Below are positions 39,865 through 54,700 of a DNA stretch of 64,000 bases, piece after piece. The stretch is from Octopus sinensis. Taxonomy: Eukaryota. The stretch spans positions 85,002,001 to 85,066,000 of the forward strand of contig NC_043004.1 in the NCBI RefSeq assembly GCF_006345805.1. Reading direction: 5' to 3'. The translations under genes and the position numbers were made by a program. Positions within the stretch are counted from its first letter, which is position 1. Every line of letters starts with the position of its first letter. The notes under the pieces were generated by a model. That model searched no databases. It had not been told where the DNA came from and saw only the letters and a list, made by a program, of their open reading frames with translations.

Positions 39865-39964
39865 CTCGCCTCCTTATGAGACTTCTTAAGGCAGCTGGAA
39901 ATCTCAGGCATCTTAAGTAAAGTATTATCAGTCTGAGTTCTGTATTATCTGTTGAGTATTATCT

Positions 39965-40118
39965 ATTAAGTACCGCAATAAACAAACTTGTAACACGTCG
40001 GCAAAAATCTGTTGATTGTAATGGTACTTACTTTGATGAATAAAATTTCCGCTTCGTTAAATATATTGTGATGAATTTCATGCTTCAAAACGTTGCTTAT
40101 TTTTCCCTGAGCGTCATA
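39965..40118 (+). mobile_element. Mariner transposon 3' end
   Basis: TAINKLVTRRQKSVDCNGTYFDE* resembles the mariner C-terminus. Confidence 0.7.
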
Positions 40119-40157
40119 CACACACACACACACACACACACACCACACACACACACA

Positions 40158-40188
<31 letters not shown>

Positions 40189-40984
40189 TACACACACACG
40201 CATACATACATACGCATACATATACACATACATAATATATATATACATATATACACACACGCACACATATATATATATGGCAATTAAGCGGATAAGTAAA
40301 TTAGACACATTAAATATTTAAAATATATTTTATGTATTAAATATATTTAATATATGAAATGTATCTAATGTGTGTAATCGCATAAGTGACTCGCTAGCCA
40401 CTCAACTTGATCCTTGCTAAAACCCCTATTTTGGGGTTGAATCGATCCCCTGTATACACATCGGAGTCAAAGTCTGAAAATTGTATGTGTGTATGTCTAT
40501 AGGTATACATATATATACATACATATATATCTATATAAATACATATACGTTTCGTTCTGGGATTTGGTTTGCAAGATTCTTTATGTGAGTTCGTGTGTTG
40601 AAGATTGAAAAAAAGTTGCAAGCCGCAACGAAAAGTTTAGAAAGATAAAGAAAGAAATAAGTGAAAATTTTACCCCGGTGACTGAGTTAAATTATAAAGC
40701 ACTAAAAGAGAATGACTCTCCCTAGACAGAACAGTACATATACGTTTACACACACACACATACACACATGCACACATAGACATACACACACATACACGCA
40801 CACACACTCACACATATATATACGTATATAATTTATATATTTTGTATCTTTTCATTTGTCTTGCTCGCTTAGGTTCTAGCGTTTGCTAAATTTTCTTGAG
40901 AACATTCCTTTCTTAGTGGTAAGCCCATAGGGGTCGACTTCTATCATATGGTTGTCCCTCTTATATGTATATATATATATATAT

Positions 40985-41270
40985 CACCGGGATCACCGTG
41001 ACCGACCGGTCTATCAGATGTTGTTGCACATCGGTAGTCACAATGTGCTTCGCATTGTTTTAGCATTCAAATGACGTCACCCCGCTGGCTAAGCGAGCAG
41101 GCCAACTGAAGAAAGAATGAGACAAAGTTGTGGGGAAAGAGTACAGCAGGAATCGCCACCACCCTCTGCTGGAGCATCGTGGAACTTTAGGTGTTTTCGT
41201 TCAATAAACTCTCACAACACCCGGTCTGGCAATCGAAACTGCGATCCTACTGTCCTAACCACTGGGCCAT
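40985..41270 (-). mobile_element. SINE family D
   Basis: Reverse homolog of 9730-10025. Confidence 0.85.
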
Positions 41271-41809
41271 ATATATAATTCTCTCCCTGATAATAAACTA
41301 CAGATTCTTTCTGTAGAATTTTTTACTCGACAACAAACTTGGGTGGTTGAGGGAAAATAGGAGACCTCATTCGTATGTTTTGAATTCGTTAGTACTGGTC
41401 ATGGAATATAGTTTATCCGATGTCACTTGAATCGGATAGGTATGTTCAATTTTTTCAGTGCTCTCAAATTTTAAATCCTAAATTTTAAGTCAACAGTTAA
41501 TCAAATGCCGAGTGAATTTCGCTGTTTTTCCTCTCTGCCTACGTGAATTGTTTTTGAGTATATATTGTCTGGGAGTTGTTTCTTACAGTAGAAGAAATAG
41601 CTAATTTCTTTGGCAGCTATTTCTAAAGTTCTGTATGTGGTTAAGCAAAATTTTTTCCAAACCCTAATTATAATTATATTCATAATTATAAAAAAAATAT
41701 TGTTTAAGTTTACCGTAAATGGTCCTTTTAACATGCCGAATACTACTTGGTGCAATTATTAATTATTAATTATTAATTAATAATTAAATTTACCCATAAT
41801 ATTATATAT

Positions 41810-41865
<56 letters not shown>

Positions 41866-43430
41866 TATTTGAAAAAAGAAGGGATTCATGCTTCTATATA
41901 TGCTATATGCGTGTGTATAAGCATTTCCATGTGTGCGTGTGCATGTATGTGTGCACGTGTGTGCGCGTGCGCCTGTAATTAATATTTGCTTCAGGCAGAG
42001 AAATGAGTCCATTTTCAATTTTTAATTTTCACAAAATTGGTTCTGACCTTCTAATTTGTGAATAAGATAACATCCATAATTCTAATACATTTCATTAATT
42101 CACTCTACATCATTTCTTTCAACAATATCTTGCTGTATACGGATGACTATCTTTCTGTATATCATATATTTGTTGACATTATTTTCATAATCCTTCATTT
42201 CATATGTAATTACATCCTTTTTCTTTCGTTTTATTAACAATGTCTTTTAAACTATAGTTACGTAATTGTAAACGAGAGAAATATTACACGAACTAGGATA
42301 AATTTAGATGAAATTGATTCGATTTCTTTTATATTTCCGGTATAAGAATGAAGAATTTACAAAAAAATGAAGTAAAGTGTTATATAAAATAAAAAATATT
42401 TCTATGAACCACAACAATGGAGGCAATTTTCTTCACTATTTGGATAAGAACTTATTCTCTCACTCGCTCTTTCTTTCCGTCTTTCTCTCCACCCTTTTTT
42501 CTCTTTCTTTCCCCCCCCCCCTGTTTCTCTCTCTCTCAGATTATAATTCTGCAGCGAACGTAACATTTTATCAAACTTGAATCAACTTCAGATTTCATCT
42601 GAGCAATTGTTGCCGGAAGCTAAAATAATGGTATTCACTGGAAACATATTTGTGTCAAAATTAAGTTCGGCGATTTCCCTGATGTTAAAATGCGATAGGA
42701 AAATTTTGAACAAAATTTTTTTTTTTTTTGTTTTTTCTTTATATTTGATTCATGTGTTCTGTATTCAGTTGTTTTCATTATAGGAGTGAATCTAACAAGA
42801 TGCCATAATAACTGCCGCAGGATTCTATCACCCAATTCCACCTATACCACAGCGATTTCTTTCTGTTTTCTTTTTTCTTGTTATCTCAATGCATGAGATA
42901 AAAGCAGTGATAATTTAAATAGCTGTTTACAACATACAGAATTATCAGAAAGTAGAAAGAAAACATACAGTTTTAAAATAATTTGGGGAAAAACAACATG
43001 CGCATAACATAAATGTACCACAGATCTAACTAAAACGCATGCATTTCCATTTTAGCATATCATTTCTTAAAAATGTAAGATATTTTCTGGTAAATTCTAC
43101 AGAAATTGTTAAGGTAAAAGTAAGAACATGCAATCATTTTATGCAATCAGTTGTGTAATTTTGAAAACAATATGAATGTTTCTAAGTCTATCTATGTATT
43201 CAGTTCATTGGAAGCAGTGAGATATCGACTAATTTTGGAAATAAATCTAAATGGTATTATCCAAAATTTGGCAAATATCCAATTATATAAACACAGGAAA
43301 TATAATTCTGCAAGTAATAAAACAGAGATATGACCTGCGGGTCAAGGTTTTGAATGAATATTGCTCCCTGCGTCATTGATTCAATGCGCTCTAACAATTC
43401 ATCCTGTTTGTAAGACAATTTCAATATATC

Positions 43431-43637
43431 TCACAGAATGTTTGTGTTTAGATTTATGAATGGAATTTTATAGTACGATATACAGAGCATGAACAAAGAA
43501 AATATCATTGTATGTCTTCCAAATTCATAGTCCTCCAAACAATTTACATAACAAGGAAGCATTTCTTCCTGTTTTATTTGGAATGCGAGAACGCTAATGC
43601 AGTCTGCGTATTGGCTGACACTCGTTTGAATTTTCAT
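43431..43637 (-). mobile_element. Possible decayed L1/Tx1-like RT fragment
   Basis: VSQYADCISV loosely resembles the RT YADD motif; no other RT motif recognised. Confidence 0.2.
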
Positions 43638-43651
43638 ATTTCGTGAGGATA

Positions 43652-43873
43652 TCTTTTATTCTTTTACTCTTTTACTTGTTTCAGTCATATGATTCAGGCC
43701 ATACTGGAGCACTGCCTTTAGTCGAGCAAATCGACACCAGGACTTACTCTTTGTAAGCGTAGTACTTATTCTATCGGTTCCTTTGGCCGAACCGCTAGGT
43801 TACAGAGACGTAAACACACCAGGATTGGTTGTCAAGTGATGTTGGGGGTACAAACACAGACACACAAATATAT

Positions 43874-43950
<77 letters not shown>

Positions 43951-44133
43951 TATGACGGGCTTCCTTCAGTTTCCATCTACGAAATCCACTCAAAAGGATT
44001 TTGTCCGCCCGAGGATATAGTAGAAGACACAAGGGGCCACGCAGTGGGAGTGAACCTGGGAACATGTGGTTGGTAAGCAAGCTACTTACCACACAGCCAC
44101 TCCTGCGCCACTTACCACACTGCCACTCCTACC
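43652..44133 (-). mobile_element. SINE family A with a tandem duplication of the 5' ~24 nt
   Basis: CTTACCACACAGCCACTCCTGCGCC followed by ACTTACCACACTGCCACTCCTACC. Confidence 0.9.
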
Positions 44134-44558
44134 TGTTGAAGTGGTAACATCAGTATAAATAACACTAATGTAACGATATCTGCTTGCAATCGGTTTCATT
44201 CTATTAAAGAAGTTGCTGCTGTGTAGTTCTGTTGTACAATTCATGATTTTAGGTCTGTGGATTCATTTGCCAAACCGAGTGACACATTATGGACTTGGAT
44301 AGTGCAAATGTTTTAAAGTTCACCCAATCTATTCAGCTATAATGAGAAAGTATTCTGTTTGCGCCTCACTTTGTCATGTCAGGTGATATATCCGAAATGT
44401 TCATTTGAGTAGAGTTTGAGACAGTCAAAGTAGTTTCCATGTCTTTTCAGGAATGAAGAGTATTCTAAAATAATTAACAGAGATATAACACATGCTACTA
44501 ATATTTATTGCTCGTAAAGGACGTTTTCTATACTGTTCTAGGAATAAATCATATTTTT

Positions 44559-44713
44559 AGGTGGCTATGTGCTAAGTACCTTGCTTACGAACCAAATGGT
44601 TCCGAGTTTAGTCCCACTGCGTGGCACCTTGGGCAAGTGTTTTCTACTATAGCCTCGGGTCTACCAAGGCCTTGTGAGTGGATTTGGTAGGTGGAAACTG
44701 AAAGAAGCCCGAC

Positions 44714-44753
<40 letters not shown>

Positions 44754-44970
44754 TTGTATATACGTTTGTGTGTCTGTATTTGTCTCCCCATATCACTTGA
44801 CAACAGATGCTCGTGTGTTTACGTCCCCGTAACTTAGCGGTTCAGCAAAAGAGACCGATAGAATAAGTACTAGGCTTAGAAAGAATAAGTCCTGGAGTCG
44901 ATTTGCTCGTCTAAAGGCAATGCTCCAGCATGGCTACAGTCAAATGACTGAAACAAAAAAAAGAGTAAGA
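44559..44970 (+). mobile_element. SINE family A, head-to-head with the 43652 copy
   Basis: Head, core and tail motifs. Confidence 0.9.
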
Positions 44971-45134
44971 TAAGACTTCAGAAATATTTGGTTGTTATTT
45001 GTAGCTTATCGAACGATTACGTAGAACATTTCTCATTGTCACATTGTAATCTTCTAGAGATTTGACGGTAATCGTTACAAGCAATAAAGAAATATTACAA
45101 CATAATTTGTACGAATGCAGATTTAACAGCACAG

Positions 45135-45300
45135 ACTGCATCATACATTATATAAAATCCGTTCTGTCTGTCTGTGTGTGTGTGTCTTCTAGGATCTCGG
45201 GTATTCTCCATCCGATTGCGCTCAAATTTGATATGTAGATACCGACGGTATCAGTGCGTGTATAAGTCTTGAAAAAAATTGCAAAAAGCGATTGTGTTCT
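45135..45300 (+). mobile_element. Helitron-like 5' fragment
   Basis: TCATACATTATATAAAATCCGTTCTGTCTGTCTG...; shared with 26200. Confidence 0.5.
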
Positions 45301-46434
45301 CCCAGCCAACAACCTTATCATTACTGGTACTTTAAACTCTTCGGTTGCATATTTGTGTGAATAAAATCGTTTTTCTGTGGAATAGAAAACAGTCTATCTT
45401 TATTTCTTCTTTTGCTGGTGTCTCAAATTTTGGTTAAATCAGTGTTTCTCAAAGGGGAGGCCTATGGGACAGTCGGACAAGCTGTTTTGAGAAAATTTGT
45501 TTTAAATAATTGACAACTCAGCACCGTCCATTGGACGGGGGGCGTTTTGCTCGAACATAATAATTCAGATCAGTTAGTGTGCATTGTGTTAGAAGGAAGT
45601 GACTTAATTTTTTTTTTTTGAGAATATGTTAATCAGACGGAAAGAGACAACACCAAATACAATGTAGAGTTATATCATTTTTAATTAACAAATATCAGTT
45701 TCCTTTAGCAATTATTATCCGTTTGCACACTATATATTATTCGTTCATACTTTACACAATACATTCTCGCATAATTTTTTTCGTAACACTATTTATGATA
45801 CAATTGTAATCACATAATATCTAGAGATTATAAGATTAATATAATATCACATAATATAATATCTAGACGTCTATTTTCATATCGGACAACTCAGAAATCC
45901 CGCAAAATTATTTAATCAAAAGTATACTCTTTATGAAGGGTCACAGTCTAATTTTCATAAACAAAGTGTAGATTTCATTAAGCGTTTAAAAAAAAACAAT
46001 GTTAAGTGAAGATAACATAATTTATAGATTGCGCCAAAAAAAAAAAAAAATAATAAAAGCTTGTTGAAATAAATTTCATTGAATGGATTCGCTTTCTACT
46101 TCACTAATAAGATTGCCAAAGTATCGTCTGCAATATAATCACATAACGTAATCCTTTTACTTGCGACGTGGTATGTGGTTTGTGTTTAATTTTCAATTCA
46201 ATTCCGTATCGTAAAGCTATGCTGCAACAGTAATGAGGACACGTTACTTTCTCGGCTATAAGTACTATGTCTAAAATCACTGAAACGATGTTTCTTTATA
46301 TTTTTCCCTATGCCTGCCAAATCTATGATTAACATATAATTAATTGTGATTTATTGTTTTATCGAGCAGCATTCTACATCTTTTATTATTTTGATCGCAA
46401 AAAACATCGGGCCAATATCTATATTCCGTAGAAT

Positions 46435-46850
<416 letters not shown>

Positions 46851-47560
46851 CGTGAGTACTTATGCAATTGCGGATGTGTATGATTTATTTGACAGTTATT
46901 TACAGTGAAATTTTAAATTTATTAAAGTGTACATAAACCGTAGAAATAATGAGATCTGTGACCAATTATTACTTCTGCAATAAATTAAGATTAGGTAATA
47001 TACTTCAGTTGGCATATACTGCTTATTTTCCTATGGTGTCTACAACGGAACACATAAAATATATGTGCCTATACACTCATTAATACCTACGTGATTCACA
47101 TAGTCTATAATTTATATCGTATGCTCAAATGTATTATACAAAATATCAGGCAAATGTTAAGTTTCAAGCAAGAATATGGTATTTTTAAATGACAAATCTA
47201 CTACATTTTCTCATGCTTTCAGTTACACTGATTATTATTGGAGTGATATTTGCAATAGCGCTAGGTCTTTTATAAGGGTGGTTCTAGGTACGTCAGCATC
47301 AACATAAAAGGATCATAGTACAAGGATTTTCAGTAGTCTGTTACATTTTCTCTTTGTTAAAATTGGGTACACATTTATTATTATTATCACTAGGTAAACC
47401 TCATTTATGCTGAACTATTATTAAATACTATCATCCTTATGTGTGAAAAATTTTGGGATAATTTTAAAGCCAAAACGTATCCAAAATATCCTCCAGATGT
47501 TTCTAATAACTTCCCTCTCTTTCTCTTTCTCTCTCACTCAGTCACTCTCTCTCTCTTTTC

Positions 47561-47596
<36 letters not shown>

Positions 47597-47659
47597 CTAT
47601 CCATCTACCTTTGAGGTTGATGCGTTGTTAAATTGGTAACATTAAAATGCCTTAATCCT

Positions 47660-47880
47660 ATAATATCTTTTCTACTAAAGGCACAATGCCGCAAATTTTG
47701 GGGGGGAGGGGAATAACCGATTTCATCGACCCAAGTGTTTCACTCGTGCTTAATTTATCGACATCGAAAGTATGGAAGGCAAAGTTGACCTTAGCGGAAT
47801 TATAACTCAGATCTTAGCGACTGTTGAAATACCGCTAAGCATTTTGCCCGGCGTGCTAACGATTCTGCAAGGTCGCCGAT
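47660..47880 (-). mobile_element. SINE family B
   Basis: AATACCGCTAAGCATTTTGCCCGGCGTGCTAACGATTCTGC. Confidence 0.8.
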
Positions 47881-48059
47881 TTTTACAGTCTATAATATAC
47901 CTAAAAAGAAAGAGAAGCTGCGTGGCTTAACCGTTATTGTAACCGGCTCACGTTAGTGAGGTCGTAATTTCGGTACCCAGTAGAATGTTGTGTCCCTAAG
48001 CAAGATGTTTAATATCAGGTTTCTCCACAATTTCAGTTCACTCAGATGGCAAAACTGAA

Positions 48060-48216
48060 TCGCTGGGTAATTTCTCATCAAATCGCGGTTCCCCTATCGC
48101 GGTTTATCATTTAAGCTTACATCAATATACAGTACGGTTTCTACTTCGCGGATTTTCACCTATCACGAGAGGTTTTGGAACGTAATACCTGCGATAGTCG
48201 AGGGATTACTGTATTA
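48060..48216. mobile_element. Tigger/pogo-like MITE remnant
   Basis: The right end GCGATAGTCGAGGGATTACTGTA is the reverse of a TA-CAGT... type TIR; CCTATC(G/A)CG occurs internally twice. Confidence 0.4.
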
Positions 48217-48479
48217 TAATTCAAATGACCGACCATGTCTCATTCTACATCACGCAGAAAAAAACCGTGAGAACTTCGTTGACGGCACCCGTATCGTTGG
48301 AATGCTCATATACTTGCACTTTAAGTTCATGAGCATTCTCTGCTGTTGAAAGGATCAATTGGGACCCTCATTGTTGTAACCCGTGGCGTGCCAATCAATT
48401 AATACGCATAAAACGAAGGCTGGAATTTTGAATACTATACCATTTGTTGCTATAAAAAGGTATATCAATTGGTGTAATA

Positions 48480-48902
48480 ATGGTTTCAAATTTTGACACA
48501 AGGACAGCAATTTTGAAGGAGGAGACTGGTCGATTACAGCCCCTGTGTTCAGCTGGTATTCATGCTATCGTCCCCCGAAAAGATGAAAGGCAATGTCTAG
48601 CTCAGCGGAATTTGAACTCAGAACATAAAGACAGACGAAATAGCGCTAAGCATTTCGCCCAGCGTGCTGTTTCTTACTTCTTTACTGCCAACAAGGGGCT
48701 ACACACAGACGAGACAAACAAGACAGACAAACGGATTAAGTCGATTATATCGAACCAGTGCATAACTGGTACTTAATTTATCGACCCCGAAAGATGAAAG
48801 GCAAAGTCGACCTCGGCAGAATTTGAACTCACAACGTTGTGGCAGACGAAATACTGCTAAGCATTTCGCCCGGCGTGCTAACGTTTCTGCCAGCTCATCG
48901 CC
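48480..48902 (-). mobile_element. Two tandem SINE-B copies
   Basis: GCTAAGCATTTCGCCC at ~48645 and ~48856. Confidence 0.85.
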
Positions 48903-49077
48903 CCATCAATTGGTGCAATAAGGTACTCCGTGATGATGCGATGTTCACATCTGAAATTGTATTGGGTTGTTTATTATTGTTTCTCTATTGTTATTTGTTA
49001 TAATGCTCGAGATTTTAATAAGGTAAAACATTATTTTATTGTAAGCAAACGATGCATGTAATAATTGAAATATTTAG

Positions 49078-49318
49078 GGCGGTGAGCTGGCAGAATCATG
49101 AGGATGGCGGGCGAAATGCTTAGCAGTATTTTATCTGCCGTTACGTTCTGAGTTCAAAACCCACCGAGGTCGAGTTTACCTTTCGCCTTTCTGTGTCGAT
49201 TAATTAAGTACCAGTCACGCACTGGTGTCAATGTAATCGACTTAATCCCTTTGTCTGTCCTTGTTTGTCACCTCTATGTTTACTCCCCCCACCCCACCCT
49301 GTGGGCAATAAATAAATA
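49078..49318 (+). mobile_element. SINE family B, full length, inverted relative to 48680-48902
   Basis: GGCGGTGAGCTGGCAGAATC...GTGGGCAATAAA. Confidence 0.9.
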
Positions 49319-50798
49319 ATTGAAATATTTTTTGTTGTGTAATTGGTTTTTAGACGAAGGGTGATTAACTTGTGTTCAGTCTTAAGGATGATGTTGATAA
49401 TTGACATTACGGGACTAAATCAACATATAAATGTTTCTGGTGCTAATTTAATGTTGCTACTCCGATGAAAGTGCTCACTGTTATGGTTTGATAACCAACC
49501 GTTAGTTTATTACTGACAAAATAGATATATGTAGCATTATCTTCCTTAAAATCCAGGATATGTACGCTTGCACAAGATGAAAGGAGACGTACTAGATTAT
49601 AACAATCAGGAACTATACCAGAGTATAGAAAGTATTCCAGTTGTAGTTCTGTTATTACGAATCAGATGCACGCACTATCGACTACATAACAGAACTAAAT
49701 ATCTCTGACATATAAATCATTCCAGTAATATTCGGTAGAACCATGAGCATAAAGTAGAATGCATCAGATTAGTTTTTGTCCTTCATGATAACATTTTCTG
49801 CATGGGCACGCGATTTTGACTTGAAATATATTGTATAAACATGTAAATGATACGATATATGTTATAGACAACACACGAGGAATTGATTGATGTTAATGAG
49901 CAAATATAGAAAGGCTTTAGGCTTTCATCCGCATCGCATATAGCACAAGAGTCGGAACAAATGTAACTTACACTGTCTTTGTCTTTTCTCCTCGATTCTG
50001 CTGATAGTCACTACGAATCATTGAAAAGGTGTCAGGTGAATGCACAGTTGCTGGTCATCCATAATAAGGTCTGTAATTTACGTTCGAGAATAAAATATAT
50101 GTTGAAAGTATCTTTTGTGAAAGTCATTGTTGCCTTATAAATAGTGGTCGTATAGTTGTAGTGGAGTTAGAAACGAATTTACGCTTATTATGCATTGGTA
50201 ATGGCATTCCCTTTCTTCCTTCTCATTGATTTTATTTGTTACACCTGTTGCTTACAATCTTAATGTATAATTGAACTGTAGGTGTTCTGGAGAAATTACT
50301 AAATACCGCACAATACTTCTATTCTGAAAAGCAATAATCAATTATATTATTTGAATATGCATCATTTTATATATTGAATGTTATATATCACTCCAAAAGG
50401 TGTGCTTTATAATTCCTGGCTGCTTATTTTTCTCAAACATTTTTCGTATCAAAACATTTGCCAACTTTGAAATTCTACAAAGTGATTATGTGACCTACAT
50501 TATGATAATTCTATCATATCAGAAACTGCATTTCGAGTATGCATACAAACAACAGAATACAAAGATCAAGATCGGCATCAAGAAATCGACGAAAACATCC
50601 ACCTGGTTTAATATCATAAGAATACTTAAAAATATACTTTAATCGATAGATTGTAGTTGTGCATTTCATGAATTATGTCGGGAAAACTCTTTATAGTGCT
50701 AAATTCGGCAAACATGAAATATGTCTATGCGAATTTCAAAGATAATTTCAAGTATAGTACGTAATTGTTGGAATTGTGTCGTCTAGAAAACTTCCATC

Positions 50799-50917
50799 TT
50801 GAATAATATGCAGTGCACAAAACTTCAATAGGCAAAACTTACCCATGATGAATCGGATATACATGTACACACACACACACACACACGGTATATATTATAT
50901 ATACACATGTATATATG

Positions 50918-51002
<85 letters not shown>

Positions 51003-51133
51003 CATATATACATGTGTATATATAAATATATACAAATATATACACGTGTGTGTGTGTGTGTGTGTACATGTATATCCGATTCATCATGGGTAAGTTTTGC
51101 CTATTGAAGTTTTGTGCACTGCATATTATTCAA
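50799..51133. repeat. Perfect inverted duplication centred on (TA)n
   Basis: ~65 nt of unique arm plus the microsatellite are identical in reverse complement. Confidence 0.9.
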
Positions 51134-51798
51134 TATATATATATATATATATATTACATATACACGTATATATACATGTATTTATATTTATATGTATATG
51201 TATATATATGTATATGTTTTTCACGTACATATATATACATGTGTGATTGCCTTTGTAATAGCATGTAATTGCCTGCTAACACTGGAGTCTAGATTTCTCT
51301 ATACTCTCCCTGAAAATCAAATCTACTTCATTCGTTTGAAAATATGTCCTATGCAATATATTCCTCACAATGAACCTTTGCTTGTATTTGAGCATAGCAC
51401 TCTCCAACTACTTCCCTGATATGATTTATCCCTTTCCAGTAAAAAATAGAATTAATTACTATATATAACAAAATATATCTCAATATTGCACTTTCGCTCT
51501 CTGTTCAACATCCGGATGCAAAAGTTTTTCAAATATAATCTTCAGACAATCCTCCATATTTTTGTCGCTTCTTCGTATCCATACATTTCTTTTTATCTTT
51601 TTTCACGCACTCTATCAAATAATTATTAATTTACCATACATCAATAAAATATAAATTCGTTTCTCTTCCGTTCATATATCAACTAATACGCTCTCAAAAC
51701 ATCTATTGATGTTAGATCCGCAATTTTCACTGGTAATTCCAATGTGAAAAACCGAACTGTCGCTGCATACTCACAGATCAAATGTATGTATGTATATG

Positions 51799-51865
<67 letters not shown>

Positions 51866-51987
51866 TATACATAAATTCATATATACGTGTGTGTATGAGT
51901 ATGTGTGTGTTTGTGTTTGTGTATGTATAGATACGTTCGTATATGTGTTTATATTTATAGGTATATATATATATATATATATATATA

Positions 51988-52021
<34 letters not shown>

Positions 52022-52563
52022 ATGTGTGTGTGTGTGCGTGTTTGTATGTGCGTGTGTGTGCGTGTATACATATAGATCAGTGCATGCATATATACATACA
52101 TTTGCTTTATATTTTACTGATAGATGTCTCACTACGATGCAACACACCTGACAACAAATACATTTTAACAATCATTTCTCGCATCAAAGAAAACTATTAC
52201 TGAACGTTAATTACTTCCTAACAAGGAAAATGGCTTCTTACATTTTCAATAACGTATCTCACATATGCATACAGGAATCTGGTAGCAATATAATGCATGT
52301 ATGTGTGAGTGCGCAGCCTAGTCTATGTGTATTCGTAAGTTTAACGACGATTACAACTATAGGATTTTGTATGAATTTTGCATTCAAAAGCGCTGTACAC
52401 AGAGTTGACAGAGACACAGACCCCATGGCAAAAAACTAGTCCTGAATAAATACACGCACGCACGAGCGACAAATCTACTCAACGTGACATGTGTGTGTAT
52501 GCATAGAAAGTCATCACTTATTTGTGTGCTTTATCATATATCTATGTAAGTATATGTTTGTGT

Positions 52564-52656
<93 letters not shown>

Positions 52657-52959
52657 AATGCAAAATGGGACAAGAACGCAAATCTTCCAGATAGACGATA
52701 AAAAAAGCCTTTAATCTTCAGTCAACAACCAGATCGTCCTCGCAATTTCGGCTGATTAATCTTGAGATTACTCCAAGCTGGCCAACCCCAAGGAAAAACT
52801 ATGCTAAAAGCATTAGATTCCTTCGAAAAAGGATCGAATGTATACGAAACAAGGACAGAAAAACGGACGATGTTACACGAATATAAATACAAAAAAATAA
52901 ACAAACTTAATACGAATATAAATACAAAAAAAACAATAATAACAATAATAATAATAATG

Positions 52960-53002
<43 letters not shown>

Positions 53003-53440
53003 TAATAATAATAATAACAGGACATAATAACAGGCGTCTTTCGACTGGAAACGAACTGAATTCAACTGGCGTATTGAGAATAAACCTTCCGGCAGACGAA
53101 AAAAACGATTTTATCGTGCCCGTGGGCCGACGCAAAAGGCCTAGTCGGCCAGCGGTTTGGTTAGGAGAGAAGAAAGAATATAGAAACGTATTTGCGTATA
53201 TGACTTTCACCATGTGTGTGTAGTAATGTGTAAATTAATTCTCATTATTTCCAAATAGAAGAATACTTAAAAATGTTTGGTAGCATGCCATTGAGTAACA
53301 AATACACCAGTGGCGACACATGTACGCATACAAACATACATACACACATAAATACATACGTGCTTATATGTATGTGTATGTGTATATATATATATATAAT
53401 ATATATATATATATCTATATATATATATATATATATAATA

Positions 53441-53714
53441 TATATTATATTGAGGGTACTACTATTCATAGATACCAACACGCTAAGAGGGACCAATGCG
53501 GTCAAAACTACTAAAAATAAACAAAATTTTACTGAATGCAAAACTTCAAAACACATCATTTTAAAAGAGAGTTCTAAAAAAGAATTCTTTTTAAAATGAT
53601 GTGTTTTGAAGTTTTGCATTCGGTAAAAGTTTGTTTATTTTTAGTCGTTTTGACCGCATTGGTCCCTCTTAGCGTGTTGGTATCTATGAATAGTAGTACC
53701 CTCAATATAATATA
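53441..53714. mobile_element. Fold-back/MITE-like palindrome, ~135-bp arms
   Basis: TTGAGGGTACTACTATTCATAGATACCAACACGCTAAGAGGGACCAATGCGG... mirrored with few mismatches. Confidence 0.85.
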
Positions 53715-54424
53715 AATGAATATTTTCAAAGAGGAAGAATTTACGGATTTTTTTCTCTTACGAGGTTTTTCACGCTGACTACTGATAATTTCTTTTAAAG
53801 ATTTTCTCCTCAATTGTTAATATATATATATATATATATATACATACATGTATTTATGTTTATGTACATATGTATTTATATATATATATATACATATATA
53901 TACATACTTATATGTACATATATGCATATATATACGTATGTAAACATAATTCACACTTACACACACACACACATATATACACACTGACATACAGAGACGC
54001 ATAAAAGCGTCAGCACATAGGCACAAACAACTCATAACTATTTTTAAGCCCCATCAATTTATTTTCAAGTTTTCTTGTTCAAGTAATCTAATGAAATCTT
54101 AGAAAGTAGAATGTTTATCTTTTGGGGTTTTTTATTTTTATTTTATCTATCACATTCCCTTTTACATCATTCAATCGTAAATACGTCATCTGAAATTGTT
54201 TGCATAGGCAGTTTTACACAATAATTCAGTTCACGATGAAAAGAACGTATCGTAAATCGCCCTTCTTATAACGATTTCTTTCTAAACGGAAGCTTGCTGT
54301 TTCTGGAACTACAGAACTGTAATCGCTTTGTTTATAGTAATTACATTACATATATATCTGGCGCCGTACTTAACGTACGAGTGAGGACAATACTAGGTCC
54401 ACACCTACCTCGAAGTTTACAAAA

Positions 54425-54509
<85 letters not shown>

Positions 54510-54516
<7 letters not shown>

Positions 54517-54700
54517 AATCCAAACGGGAAAACAAAAAAACAACAACAATGGAACAATTACAGTATTATTATTAATAGGCGCTCAGGAAATGGAAGCAGG
54601 AAGGTATGACGTTTCGAGCGGAGCTCTTCGTCGGAAACATAAAGAAGGAAGAGAGAGGAAAGAAAGATCCCAAAGCGGGCAACAGGGATAGGGAAAAAAA
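54510..54700 (-). mobile_element. Penelope-like terminal repeat with CCGACGA hammerhead variant
   Basis: Minus CCGACGA-A-GAGC-TCC-GCTC-GAAACGTC at 54634-54608. Confidence 0.55.
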
